NCBI GenBank assembly: GCA_964016885.1
Contig: OZ024751.1
Span: 12,338,001-12,402,000, forward strand
DNA length: 64,000 nt
Direction: 5' to 3'
Origin: Eledone cirrhosa
Lineage: Eukaryota
The translations under genes and the position numbers were made by a program. Under the pieces are notes generated by a model that was not told the DNA's origin, searched no databases, and was given only the letters and a program-made list of their open reading frames with translations. This document shows, one piece after another, positions 46,152 to 61,396 of the stretch. Positions within the stretch are counted from its first letter, which is position 1; each line of letters starts with the position of its first letter.

Positions 46152-46437
46152 TAATAAAGACTTTTGATGTATTGAAGGCTTCTTTGGTTTATTTTTTATA
46201 ATATATATATATATATATATCAATGATATTAATAAACGGAAACTATATTTATAAAACCATATTTATTTTTATTATATATATTTCAAGGGCACCAAAAAAC
46301 TTTGGTTCGCACTCATTTGATAAAATACAAAATTTGTTTTATAAATAGTGACATACCCGAGAAACTTGTCGAGTGCTTCGAATCTGTTGAATCTGTTGAA
46401 TTTGTTGAATTACCAGCAAATTAAATATCTCTTTGCT

Positions 46438-46472
<35 letters not shown>

Positions 46473-46515
46473 GTATATATATATAAGATCAAAAGATGGT
46501 TAAAAGAGTTCCATG

Positions 46516-46587
46516 TATTTTATTATGCGCATTTCAAAAAACAAATATCATCATGGGATGATATCTGCGTTCTCATCAGATAAAATA
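46516..46587 (-). ncRNA. Type I hammerhead ribozyme
   Basis: TATTTTAT-CTGATGA-GAACGCAGATATCATC ccat GATGATATTTGTTTTTT-GAAA-TGCGCATA^ATAAAATA. Perfect 8-bp helix I and palindromic ATGCGCAT helix III. Confidence 0.82.
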
Positions 46588-46670
46588 GGGAGACATGATA
46601 TGAAGCTTAAAAAACACTTGCGAGCAGTGAATTTTTAAATCAACATAAACTCACCTCCTACATATATATA

Positions 46671-47024
<354 letters not shown>

Positions 47025-47253
47025 AGGGAGTGTAACTCGGAGTTACTGTAGATTCACCGGGGTGAGCACTCGGTGTTTAGGTTCACGTCTGTATCGAGGT
47101 GTAGAGCTAGACAGAGTGTAGTATAATAAAATAAAACAAGGACTAGTGGTTACTCCTTCATTACGTTTATTTCGTTGGTGACGCGCGTTTCGCCACCGAT
47201 CAGCTCAAGGTTCGATCTGCATCGATCTAGCCCGACCATGTAATCAATGTGTT

Positions 47254-47329
<76 letters not shown>

Positions 47330-47369
47330 CATATTTATATATATATATATATATATATATGTGTATATA

Positions 47370-47405
<36 letters not shown>

Positions 47406-47693
47406 TACATATTTAAATATATATATATATATACACATACATATTTAAAAATATATGTATATATATATATATATAGTAGGTTATCTTCTTGTAAACAGCT
47501 TGGATGGTGTTTTAACTTTTAATATTCGAAGACGTAAACCACTTGAGCCGTAATGTTAACGACATATATGAGATCGATTACTGAAGACAACTCCTGATCT
47601 ATTCTTGCCGCGTCTCATCTGAGTTCTACGTCCAGCTTATTCAACTGTATTAGTGTTTAACGTGTGTTACACTACCTTACACGAAGATAACAC

Positions 47694-47726
<33 letters not shown>

Positions 47727-47729
<3 letters not shown>

Positions 47730-47766
47730 TTATGGTCCATCTGGTTTCTTACCACATTTCCTTCGT

Positions 47767-47822
<56 letters not shown>

Positions 47823-48050
47823 CATATATATATATATATATGTATATAACGAAGGAAATGTGGTAAGGAACCAGATGGACAATAACGCACCAAAGTACTC
47901 AATAGTTAGGGTAGTAGAGTGGCTGATAGGAACGAGTAGGACCCCGACGGCCGAGCTCAAGCCGCCTCGACGGCTAATTCTGGACTCATTATTACGTCCA
48001 GAATTAGCCGTCGGGGCGGCTTGAGCTCGGCCGTCGGGGTCCTACTCGTT

Positions 48051-48053
<3 letters not shown>
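47727..48053 (-). mobile_element. Fold-back family F copy plus an inverted tail fragment across a (TA)n tract
   Basis: Full copy at 47847-48053. 47727-47769 is an oppositely oriented tail. Confidence 0.8.
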
Positions 48054-48087
<34 letters not shown>

Positions 48088-48182
48088 GTATATATGTAAA
48101 AGGTAAACAGAAATAGCAACACAATCGGTACAGTATATCGAAGTAATATATTAGGATAACGCTTGATATAGCAGGAAGAGGG

Positions 48183-48218
48183 TCTTAACGTTTCGGACGC
48201 TAGTCATTCATCAGAAGA
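48183..48218 (-). ncRNA. Minimal hammerhead ribozyme of Penelope pLTR type
   Basis: TCTT-CTGATGA-ATGAC tagc GTCC-GAAACGTT^AAGA. Helix I TCTT/AAGA, palindromic AACGTT. Confidence 0.72.
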
Positions 48219-48836
48219 ATGAATGAGAAATAAGATAGATTGAAGGGCCAGGCGGGGTGGAATTTGAAATAAATGTCTTTAGATAAAAATAACAGTACCA
48301 TTCATGTTGACATCTCGTGGGAAAATGGTGGTGCTGGCGTTTTGAGTATGATTTATTTTTTAGAAAGGTGGATGATGGAGCGCGTTTTCCTGAAATGGAA
48401 AAAATACGTTTTGTAAAAGGACCTATACTTGTGCACGTGCGTATGCATGTGTGTGTGTGTGTGGGGGGGGTACTATACATCCATACTAAGCGAAGAAGAA
48501 ATGTGTATGTATGTGTAAGTAAGAGAAAGAGAGAGAGAGACTGAGAGAGAGAGAGAAAATGTATGGATGACTGCATACATATATACAGGTTTACATACAC
48601 ATATCGTTGATTATGCCAACGACACCAAATAACGGTAGCATGGATGACAACTTAAGCTGAACCGTAATGAAAGAATTGGCTATCAATGCGAAATCTATAA
48701 GTCTGCGACACATCATGTATTCTTTATTATATTAATTTTTGATATATATAAATTGGAAGGAAACCTAATATCGGGGAGAAATGACCCCAACACCTAGATA
48801 CACATTTGCACATACATACACATACATACACATAGA

Positions 48837-48939
<103 letters not shown>

Positions 48940-49174
48940 ATATATATCTTTTGATGAGCGAAACCGTCGGTCATAGCACTAGAACAGGTGAATATTTAAA
49001 TCGTATTTTAATTTATTTAAAAGATTGTTTAATGTTTGTTTGTTCCGGTCATTTTTTATAGTTCTGGTATCTCAAATTTGTACCATTGAACAACAACTGT
49101 TATAGACACCATGTATATTTCCGTGGGTACTTAGTACCTACTGGAATATTTATATCATTTATATATATATATAT

Positions 49175-50145
49175 TGTTATACTTTAGGAGCGTCATGCTG
49201 CCAATAAAAACACATGCACCTGTTGGTTTTCTCTTCAATTTATTATAAATCTCCGGTTGGTTTGTTGGTTTGGTTTGATAACCGGATGGTTGTTTATATA
49301 TTGTCAAAGCTCTTTCGTCACACATGCTGTGACCTCCACAGTGACGCGGTTTTTATTTTGTGTCTCTCCTTTTTTTCTGTCCTACATCATCTTATTTGTG
49401 TGTGTTGTATGATGTTCTTAGTTTGCGTATGCGTTACATCCGGGTGAGTGTGTGTTTATTTATTTATTTACGTGTTTATTTATTTGTCACTAGTTGGTTG
49501 TTTATTCTATCTATGTGTGTCTGATTTGTTTTGTTGGTTTAGATTTTGTTTGTGTCTGTATGTCTTCATTTTGTCCTTACTTACTAGTTGTATTGTTGCT
49601 ATTCCACTCATGTTTTCTGTTTAATGTTGGTTGGAATTCGTTTATATTTGTCGTGTGATTTGTCTGAGCATTGCATCTTTCCTGTGTCTGAATATAAGTT
49701 TTATCTCTATGTTCTCTAATGTGCAGACTATAAATTTTCTATCGGCGAATGGGATTCTTTGAAATGGTTATATTTTACTAATTAAGGATTTTTATAAGAA
49801 TACCTGATCTTTCAACTATCGTAATAGCTAATTTGAGCTTATCAAGGGCCGTTCTAAATCTGTAAGCTAGTTCGGCTCGATGTGTTGTATTGACGAACAT
49901 TATATTCGGGTATTTATTGCTAGCATACCATGAGTTGATTATATTTGCCCTATGCCTAATCTTTCTATTGTGTTCCAAAATGTGTTCCTATACATGGGGC
50001 ATAATCCATTTGCATCATGGTCTACAATGTTTGCCCATTTGGTTCAAGCTCCTTTATATACCGTGATCTCGTCTCTCTGATTGTAGCCAGGGAACTGCAT
50101 CGATATCTGTTTCAACACACGCTTTCAGATAAGAAACCTTCTTGT
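49175..50145 (-). mobile_element. 5'-truncated, decayed Penelope-like retroelement (Neptune-like) with terminal repeat
   Basis: Minus-strand peptides MQFPGYNQRDEITVYKGA*...DANGLCPMYRN and IMFVNTTHRAELAYRFRTALDKLKLAITIVERSG resemble the post-RT/linker region of Penelope-like ORFs (recall). Decayed HHR at 49303-49345. Confidence 0.7.
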
Positions 50146-50335
50146 TTTATTTTACTATATATATATATTTTACTATATATATATTTTACTATATATATAT
50201 ATATATATATAATTATATATATATTTATGTATTTTACTATATATATATATTTATTTATTTATATTTATATATAAGTATATATATTTATTTATTTATTTAT
50301 ATTTAAATATATATATATATACATATATTTATATT

Positions 50336-50379
<44 letters not shown>

Positions 50380-50403
50380 TATAAATATACATATGTATAA
50401 ATA

Positions 50404-50465
<62 letters not shown>

Positions 50466-50501
50466 CATATTTATATATTTTTATATATATATATATTTGC
50501 A

Positions 50502-50556
<55 letters not shown>

Positions 50557-50569
50557 ATTTACATATTTA

Positions 50570-50626
<57 letters not shown>

Positions 50627-50639
50627 ATATGTATATTTA

Positions 50640-50718
<79 letters not shown>

Positions 50719-50844
50719 CCACCTAGCTGCTTTCTACTGCATATTGCACATTGACCACATGCCTTTACGCTTTGGCTTCTAACTAATTCACCAATCTCTC
50801 CTCTCCTATCTCCATCTATCTCTTTAAGATTGGTTACTCTTGAA

Positions 50845-51003
<159 letters not shown>

Positions 51004-51005
51004 CA

Positions 51006-51094
<89 letters not shown>

Positions 51095-51280
51095 CATATA
51101 TATATATATGTATTAAAATAACAGATTAAAGTTTAAGCAAAGTATATCTGCTATCACCCTTAACGGGATCATCTGAAACTAACTATTTACTCTACGGTTC
51201 TTATATATTTGATATATATTTATCCTTATCGAGCCCTCTTTGGATTTTAGTTTTCAAATTTATTATTATTACTATATATA

Positions 51281-51547
51281 TGAGTCCAGAATTAGCCGTC
51301 GAAACGGCTTGAGCTCAGCCGCCGGGGTCCTACTCGTTCCTATTACCCACTCTACTACCCTAAATATTGAGTACTTTGGTACGTTATGGTCCACCTGGTT
51401 CCTTACCACATTTCCTTCGTTATATATATGTATATATATATCATATCTCATTTTGTTTGACCCGTTTAGCTTGTTCACATTGAAAACTGCGACCGGTGAA
51501 CTCAGCCACATGAAACCAAAGCAATGAAAAAACCAATCAGGTATTGA

Positions 51548-51597
<50 letters not shown>

Positions 51598-51877
51598 AGA
51601 TTCAGGATCCTGGCGGCTGAGCTCCGGCCGTTTCGACAGTTAGATCTAACTGTCGAGTACCCTGGTGGGCTATGGGCCACCTGGTATTTTACCACACCCT
51701 ACCTTATATATATATATATATATATAGAAGAAAGTATGACCCCGACGGCAGAGCTCAAGCCGTTTCGAGGGCTATTTCTGGACTAAAGTGCTTTCTCCTA
51801 TTACTCACTCTACCACCCTAAGTATTGAGTACTCTGGTGCGTTATCGTCCATCTGGTTCCTTACCACAACTCCTTCG

Positions 51878-51881
<4 letters not shown>
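51281..51881 (+). mobile_element. Cluster of three partial family F copies separated by (TA)n
   Basis: Copies at 51281-51422, about 51595-51705 and 51727-51881. Confidence 0.75.
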
Positions 51882-51935
<54 letters not shown>

Positions 51936-53377
51936 GTGCGTATCTTTGCATGTATTTATACACATACATCCCTTATAGAATACACATACAAACTTATAGA
52001 ATACTCCGATTTATATGAATATAAATTTGAATCTGTAGAGCGACGTGGCTTGTGTCCTTTTTCTTATGGCTCTTTACGTTCTCATATCAAATCCTGCCAA
52101 ATCGAACTCTGCATTTTATCCTTCCGTGGTGGATAAAATACAATACCAATCAAGTACTTCATTCAAAATTCTTATCTTGTGCTCACTCTTTCTCGAAACT
52201 GTTACCATTTTGCCTAAATTTGAAACTATTACTACTACTACTACTGCAATCATCACCACTACTACTACTACTTCTACTACCACCACCATAACTACTAGTA
52301 TTACTATTGAAACTACTAGATCGTATATATGATAAACATTGACGTAGTCATGATGATGATGATGATGATGATGATCATCATCATCATCATCATCACTATG
52401 CTGGCTTCCATGTAATCCACTGCTAAACCCCACCACACAAAATTTGTGGCTATGATTCTCTAATAGAAATGTTTATAATTATCATAAAAATGAAAAATTA
52501 AATAGAGATAGAAGATAAGCGTACGCACACATGCACAAACAATTACACACATACATATATCGACACACATGTGAACACACACATACACATTAACACATAC
52601 ATACAGAGATATACATACAAACATACTCACATAAACACACACTCATACACACATATAGACACAAGCATTCTAATAAAACCAGACATTCATTCACACACAT
52701 ACAGACATATACATACAAACATACTCACATAAACACACACTCATACACACATATAGACACAAGCATTCTAATAAAACCAGACATTCATTCACACACATAC
52801 AGACATATACATACAAACATACACACATAAGCACACACGCATACACACACACACACACTTAACCTCACATATATACACACATACAAATACTCATATTCAC
52901 GCTTACATACGCCGTTACACACCCATCCATACATCCATACATGCGTACAACATACATATATACATACATACATGCATACAACATACATACATAGATGCAT
53001 ACAACATACATACATAGATACATACATAGAGAAACATCATTTGTTATCGTATGTCATGGAACTCAATTGATCTGCTCTCGATACATCGAATTATTAATCA
53101 GTTCGAATGTTTCCAATCAGTTCCAAAGTTCTCATCGTTTTCAGTTCACCTACTTCAACTAATTTCCTCTGGGATGTATGACTTTTAAAACATAACATTC
53201 TTGGGTGTTTAGCTTGTCTCACTAACCTTTCATTAGTATAATGCCAGCTCGCTTCGTTGTGTGAGTGGCAAATACACTAAATAAGTAGTGGAGTGACGGA
53301 TGAAAAATATCTTGCAATATTAGGTTTCCCAAAATATGGTCTGTGTATGAAATATACGTATTAGTATTTAATTGCAT

Positions 53378-53695
53378 TATGGCTTAGTGGTTATAGGGCT
53401 GAGATTGCAATCGTGTGGTTGTAAGTTCCATTCTAAGCCCGTTTGATGCGTTCTGTTCTTGAGCAAGACACGTTATTTTCACGTTGTTCCAGTTTAATAA
53501 GATGGAAAAAAATGAGTTGTGACGTCACTAGCGCCAAGCTGTGTCGGCCATTGTCTTTCCCTTGGAAAACATCGGTGGCGTGGAGAAGGGAGACCGGTAT
53601 GCATGGGCCACTGCTGGTTTTCCACAAAACAACCATGCCCGGACTTGTACCTAGGAGAACTTTCTAGGTACAAATCTCATGGTCATTCGTGACCT
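53378..53695 (+). mobile_element. Decayed tRNA-derived SINE with a family B head and a different 3' body
   Basis: TGGCTTAGTGG A-box and TTGAGCAAGACACGTTATTTTCACGTTG, followed by a 3' region not shared with 46818-46988. Confidence 0.65.
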
Positions 53696-54646
53696 TTGAT
53701 TTAATTACATTGCAGTTACATTCTGAGTTCAAATTCCGTTGTCTATATTTTATCTTATATTTATAATTTCTGTGTATATTTTTAAAGGGGGGGGGGGAGA
53801 TATCAAAATGCACGATTAATCTCAATTACCTCAAATACCATATAATGCGATACACATTTAAACCTGGTGTAATAAATAGGGGACAGCTCAATGAAATGGA
53901 GGGAGATCTAGGACTGTTGAAGGGTGGGAGAACTCACAATATATCACATGCTAGAACTCCGCTCTAAAAAACCCATGTATCAAGTGGTGCCGGTGAACCA
54001 AGTAACTGATGGATCAAGCCTCCCTTATAAACTTTGAATAAATACATGATCCCGTAACTTCAGAGAACGTCGTAGGGGGCGCCGCATTGATATACGGCGA
54101 TTCTATGACAGTTTTTAAACCTAGTGGAGCCCATCTCATCTACAAGCCTGAATACAGCAATTTCTTCCAGAGAAGGATAGAGAGAGAGAGAGAATGAAAG
54201 TGCTAAAGAAATATACGAGAATCGACCCCAATACTAGACTGATACTTTTTATCGACCTCAAATGGATGAAAGGCAAAGTTAACTTGGGCGGAATTTGAAC
54301 TCAGAGAGCAGAGAGTCGGAACGAAAACCGCAGAGTATTCTAACCTATGTTCTAAAAATTCTGCCAATCCCCTACCTACCTTCCAAACTTTAACATGCTC
54401 AAATCTCGCTAACACATATTTTAATTCTAAATCTGTCCAACATCCGTATATTACCACCACGTCCTCGAGGGCTTTAACTCTTAAATTCTTGTAGCAATTT
54501 TATTTTTAAATTCTAAAAATATGTTTGTCAATTCATATCTTTATAGTATATTTACTAGAGGACAGATTTTATATATAAAAAGGACAGCATTTGACGAAAT
54601 AATTTAATATTTAATGTGAAGCTGTCAAAATCTTGTTTTCTAATTA

Positions 54647-55070
54647 ACAAGAATGTCTTGTTAACGTGGTTTCGCGTGGTATAGGATGCTAACAGTCAAG
54701 TTCTATCGACTTCATTGTTGTCCACACTTTACAAGAATGTCTTACTAATGTGGTTTCGCGTGGTACAGGACGCTAACAGTCAAGTTCCATCGACTTCATT
54801 GTTGTCCACACTTTACAAAAATGTCTTGTTCGTGTGGTTTCGCGTGGTACAGGACGCTAATAGTCAAATTCCATCGACTTCATTGTTGTCCACACTTTAC
54901 AAAAATGTCTTGTTCGTGTGGTTTCGCGTGGTACAGTATGCTAATAGTCAAATTCCATCGACTTCATTGTTGTCCAAACTTTACAAGAATGTCTTGTTAA
55001 TGTGGTTTCGCGTGGTACAGGACGCTAACAGTCAAGTTCCATCGACTTCATTGTTGTCCACACGTTACAA
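54647..55070. repeat. Minisatellite, 5 x 84 bp
   Basis: Unit ACAAGAATGTCTTGTTAA.GTGGTTTCGCGTGGTACAGGACGCTAACAGTCAAGTTCCATCGACTTCATTGTTGTCCACACTTT at 54647, 54731, 54815, 54899 and 54983. Confidence 0.95.
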
Positions 55071-55155
55071 ATTTCACATTTTCTGACCACTGGAAATAGA
55101 TTACTAGAGATATTGTTAGTTATTGTTTCTGTTGTTGTTTCTGTTGCTGCTGCTG

Positions 55156-56324
<1,169 letters not shown>

Positions 56325-56890
56325 TTTGTTCTGGTCGTTAAGACACTTAGGTCTCTCCTTGCCTCTGGGTCTCTTTTTAATTAAGAATTCATCATCGTAT
56401 CTCCCACTCTCCCTCCTCACCCCTCCTTCTTGTTGCTCTCCTTTTCCTCCTCCTTCATCATTTTCTTCTTCTACTCCGCCTCCTTCTTCTTCTTCTTCTT
56501 CTTCTACGTCATCGTCTTCGTTCCACCCTCCCTCTCATATCTTTCTACACATCCCTGACACTCTTACTTGTCCTCCCTTCTCTCTTAGTCTCTTACTTCA
56601 TCCTTCTAACCTCTTTCTTCTACCTTCTCACATATACTCCTTTTCTCCTACTCTCTCTCTCCTGACTCCTTCTCCGCTACTCTCTCACATACACTCTCTC
56701 TCTCTCTCACTCTCCCATTTACTTTTTCCTTTATTCGCGCGCTTTATCTCTCTGGCAATACATATTTCTAGAACATAAGATTCTGCCTCGATAGCAATAG
56801 GTAAGTTTGGACAGTGTACCACGGCATTACCACGACGCACGCGCACTAGGCCACCATGAATAGCTAGGCCAAAACCATCTGTAATGATAT

Positions 56891-56982
56891 TTGTTTCTAC
56901 TTTAGGCACAAGGCCAGCAATTACCCAGTTCATTACTGGTACTTTATTTTATCGACTCCGTAAGGATGAACGGCAAAGTCAA
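56891..56982 (-). mobile_element. SINE family A 3' fragment
   Basis: TTTCTACTTTAGGCACAAGGCCAGCAATT...TAAGGATGAACGGCAAAGTC. Confidence 0.8.
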
Positions 56983-57311
56983 TGATATTGATGCTGAAAA
57001 TGAACAATCCCAAGCATACATACATACATGCAATTTATGAATTGTTTAACTTATACATTTCACATATTAATTTTACCATATAGAGAATTGAAGTTATGCA
57101 AATAAATTGATAATGACCATATTTGTGTGTGGTGTGTGTATGTGTTTGGGAGGATAGGGAGGTGGAGGGACAGGTACTTCCTTTATCCAGCCGGTAGAAT
57201 GAAAAGTAAAGTTGACCTCGTTAGGATTTGAAGTCCGGAACGAGCACCTCAAAAGTTCAGTTTCACGTTTTATCTACGTAAAATATATGTATGTGCGTGT
57301 GTGCATGTGTT

Positions 57312-57348
<37 letters not shown>

Positions 57349-57537
57349 TGTATGTATGTGTAAGTGTTATGCATATATATATATGTATGTATATATGTAT
57401 ATATATATGTATGTATGTATGTGTATATATGTATGTATATATATATATCTGTATGTATATATATATCTGAATGTATGTGTATATATATATATATATATGT
57501 GTGTATAGTAATAATCATAATAATCATAATAATCATT

Positions 57538-57716
57538 CTTTCTACTTTTGGCACAAGGCCAGCAATTAACCAGTGTATTACTGGTACTTTATTTTATCGA
57601 CCCCGTAAGGATGAAAGGCAAAGTTAACCTCGACGGGATTTGAACTCAGAATGGCAAGGGCCGTAACACTATGCGTCAAAGCATGGCGTCCGACCCTCTA
57701 CCGATACTGGCAATCC
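57538..57716 (-). mobile_element. SINE family A, near full length
   Basis: Reverse complement of 8216-8392, with an (ATA/ATC)n tail at 57508-57537. Confidence 0.85.
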
Positions 57717-57904
57717 TGGTAATTGAGAAAATGTGGCACCTCAAGGCCCTTACAATACCAGCGATTGTGGGAGGACTGGGAATGATCAAGAAAGGAACAG
57801 AACAACATTTTCGAATGATTCCTGGTTTACCCTCTCTGCACGAGGCGCAAAAAATTGTTTTGACTGGTAATGCACACGTATTGAGAAGAGCACTATCTCT
57901 GTAA
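57717..57904 (+). mobile_element. R4/Dong-like RLE non-LTR retrotransposon C-terminal fragment
   Basis: IEKMWHLKALTIPAIVGGLGMIKK...AQKIVLTGNAHVLRRALSL fits the W...P.IVGALG...QK..L.G...ILR C-terminal pattern. Confidence 0.75.
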
Positions 57905-58102
57905 GATTCATATCCCTCCTTGTATTTACATATACATATGCACATGTGTATATATGTATACCGTTTTTTTTCTCTTTTAATTATAATCAATGTGCTGTAT
58001 TAACTGGCTTACCAATGCACACTGTGAATTTATTTGCCCTAGGTGTGAGGAAGACACTCGGCATATATCTCAGAAACAATAATGAAAGAAAATAAAAATA
58101 AC

Positions 58103-58134
<32 letters not shown>

Positions 58135-58548
58135 GTATGTAAGGTGTGTATATGTGTACTTTGTGTTTTGGTTGACGTGGTTTGGTGAACATATGTGTAT
58201 TTACCTGTAGGTATGTGTGTGCGTGCGTTATATACGTATTTATGTGTGTATATTTATATACGTTTATATAATTATATGTATACACACATGCACACATATA
58301 TATATATATATCTTTTTTTTTTACGTGTATTTGGTGTATACGTTCGTATGTGTGCGGGTACATGTGTCGCACGGGTTTATGTATGCGTGCGTGTGTTTAT
58401 GTGTACGTGCATGTGTATGCATGCCTGGTGGGTGTTTTCGCGTATGCACGTAATAATTGTTGATTTTAATAACTTCTGTCATTTTCGTTCTACTAATTTA
58501 TTTACATTATTCTTAACTCTGAAGCCGAGAATCATTCGGTTTCCCAAA

Positions 58549-58925
58549 TAGCCTTAACCTGGTGCAATCTGCGACTGACCCAGGTTCTGCTGCAGGTCGG
58601 GCTGAGGGGGCCAAACTCCTCAAATACCGGTCGCACTCCGACAGGTTTGCTGTCGTACCCCTGGCAGTGGAGACTTCTGGTGTCTTCGGCCCCAGAGCTA
58701 CCTCCTTACTCACCACCATAGGCGCTGAGTTGGCCAGCCGCATGTTTGAGTCCCGCGAGTTGGAGTGGCTTTTCCAGCGCGTCTCCCTTGCCGTCCTCCG
58801 GGGAACCGCCTTCTCCATTCTGCCCGCCGGGGCTCTGGGTGGGCCCCATCGCGTACCAATACATTAGTTAAATACCATTCTTTCATCTGATATATCTCTA
58901 AATTATATTTTGTACAATATACATT
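58549..58925 (+). mobile_element. CRE-like non-LTR retrotransposon 3' fragment (RLE domain C-terminus)
   Basis: GC-rich island encoding PGSAAGRAEGAKLLKY...VPLAVETSGVFGPRA...WLFQRVSLAVLRG, with the AE..K..KY / P.AVET.G / QR.S.A..RG motifs. Confidence 0.8.
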
Positions 58926-59293
58926 AAGTGTCTATGACTTCATTTTTATCATAAACGTGGTTTTGTTTTTGCGTGTAATTGTTCTCCACTCTCCACATAA
59001 TGACGTATTATCTTCGTTTTTCCCCTTCATTGGCAGGGAACGTCTTCACGAACCAAGTGTCGTCTTCCTCTTTTCCTTCGGTTGCAACATTTTACGAAAT
59101 ATTTACTTCTGCATTCGCAGATTGATTTTTTTTAGTTTCAGAAGATCCCGTTAAGGGTGAGAGCAGCGATTCTTTGCTTAAACTTTAATCTGTTATTTTA
59201 ATAAATATATGTGTGTATATATATGTATGTATGTGTGTATATTTTTATATGTGTATATATATATATATATATATACATATATGTGTATATACA

Positions 59294-59338
<45 letters not shown>

Positions 59339-60298
59339 TTGTGAGTGTATATAAATACACACACAGAAGCGTGTGTTGTGACTAAAGCAGAGAGATCAGC
59401 TACCCAATGAACATGTGTGGTATAGTATAAAGCTGAGTGTATGAAACTATCGTGGAGCTACATGTTATAGAAATATGAAGTCAACCAGATTAGGTCCATC
59501 CCTCCACTAAAAGCGGTGTACAATTGTTTTCTTCCCCGGTAAAAATTAGACGTAGGGGAGAGGCTGGAGTATGTTTTGTTATACTTTACAATGTGTGCCT
59601 CGCGGCACAAACAGCCATTCAGTATTCATGCTGATGCACGAAATACAACCACAATGCTGCAGCGTCAATGCAATGACTATCAACAGCAAATTGCACCCTG
59701 TAGTTTTCTCTTTCTTTCTTTCCCTGTACAAGGAAGGCGGTAATGGACAACGCCATAGCAGAGACAAAGGAAAACTGATATTTAGATTTCTGAATTATGC
59801 TAATGACTGGAAGGCGCAGATGGATATGATAGGAGCGTTTATGTTCCCAAGCAATATTTGTAATAACAAGGTAACGCCTTGACTTTGTGGCATGGTCAAA
59901 CTTAACAAATAACATCTTGATTGTTGACTTGACTGTGTTTTGAGAAGGCAATATGGAGTGGAGATATGAAAGACAGGTCTTGTGATTTGAATGATTGAGT
60001 TTCACCTTCTCCCAGTTAGGTTAGGTCCCCCATTCTCCTAAATGAAATAATTTAGAGACTTGCAACTGACGAACCTGTTTAACACAACACTAAGAGAATT
60101 TATAAAGCAGCATTTTATACTACCTAGTCTACATACTTCCCTGCCAAATCATCTAACGATCCTAATACCATATAAAACTTAGGTTATTTCCAGCATGTTG
60201 CTAGGCAACAATATATATATATAAATATACATATATATATGATGATGATGATTTCTCCCGAATGAAACAGCTCTAGTCCTGTAGAAGCCATTTCTTTA

Positions 60299-60375
<77 letters not shown>

Positions 60376-60380
<5 letters not shown>

Positions 60381-60514
60381 AAGTATGACCCCGAGGGCAG
60401 AGCTCAAGCCGTTTCGACGGCTATTTCTGGACTACTATTTCCCACTCTACTACACTAAGTATTGAGTATTCTGGTGCGTTATGGTCCATTTGGTTCCTTA
60501 CCACAATTCCTTTG

Positions 60515-60517
<3 letters not shown>
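60376..60517 (+). mobile_element. Family F copy, one arm plus tail
   Basis: GTATGACCCCGAGGGCAGAGCTCAAGCCGTTTCGACGGC...CCCACTCTACTAC...CCTTACCACAATTCC. Flanked by (TA)n. Confidence 0.8.
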
Positions 60518-60592
<75 letters not shown>

Positions 60593-60619
60593 GTAAATAA
60601 GACTGCTATTATTTCAATC

Positions 60620-60684
60620 AGTCCACAAAACACATAGAAAACACCCTAACCCAGTCCACAAAACACATAGAAAACACCCTAACC
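60620..60684. repeat. Tandem duplication, 2 x about 33 bp
   Basis: CAGTCCACAAAACACATAGAAAACACCCTAACC occurs twice. Confidence 0.9.
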
Positions 60685-61396
60685 CCAACGACTACTTACA
60701 GACATAACTCCTATTAAACTAACCCACGACCAAACCAATTTCGGGAGGCAGGACCGGAACGCAACCACCACAAAATAGGGAGGACAAATGTTATCAAGCA
60801 CCAGCTGTTATACTACGTGATTTCTACATATTAAATCTGACAGAGCTTTAAAACTTAATCATACAAATTTTGACAAAATTATGATGTATGATTGAACACC
60901 ACTGTATTTTGGGTAGTACATCTAAATATTGAAACGTTCATTGATTTATAATAAATGAAGGAGAGAATGAGAGATAAGGTGGTGGGGGAAATAGATATAT
61001 AGATATATTTGTGTATATATCTATATCCAAAATTAAGATGAATTAAATGAATTTAATATAAATCAAAATTATGGGTGTCATGCCAGAAAGACATGCGCCA
61101 TATCACCCGGAAAATAAGCTCTAAGATTCTAACGAGAAGGTCCGAGCATTTTATAATAACTAGAAATTGATTAACATATATATAAACATGAATAATTACA
61201 GGAGATAATTTTTACAAGTGTGTAACCACACATAGCTAGGTAGGTAACTAAGTAAAGTTGACCAGAACTTTAAAAATAGATACCTTATATGTGTATACAT
61301 TTATATATATGCATATATAACCCAATACATATGATGACACACAAAATATAACCAAGCCATTGGAGCCTCATAAGTATTCACACACACTCATGCATA

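Noticed and set aside
48950-48975. TTGATGAGCGAAACCGTCGGTC hammerhead-like string (similar partials at about 3812 and 6832)
   Set aside because: Helix II or the core is missing; at best deleted remnants.
56772-56800. Candidate 29-nt plus-strand micro-exon (TTTCTAG...AG/GTAAGT)
   Set aside because: Splice-like motifs are expected by chance in 64 kb; no partner exons or homology.
59571-60005. Overlapping 103-aa and 128-aa non-repetitive ORFs
   Set aside because: No recognisable motif; may be decayed transposon sequence but cannot be supported.
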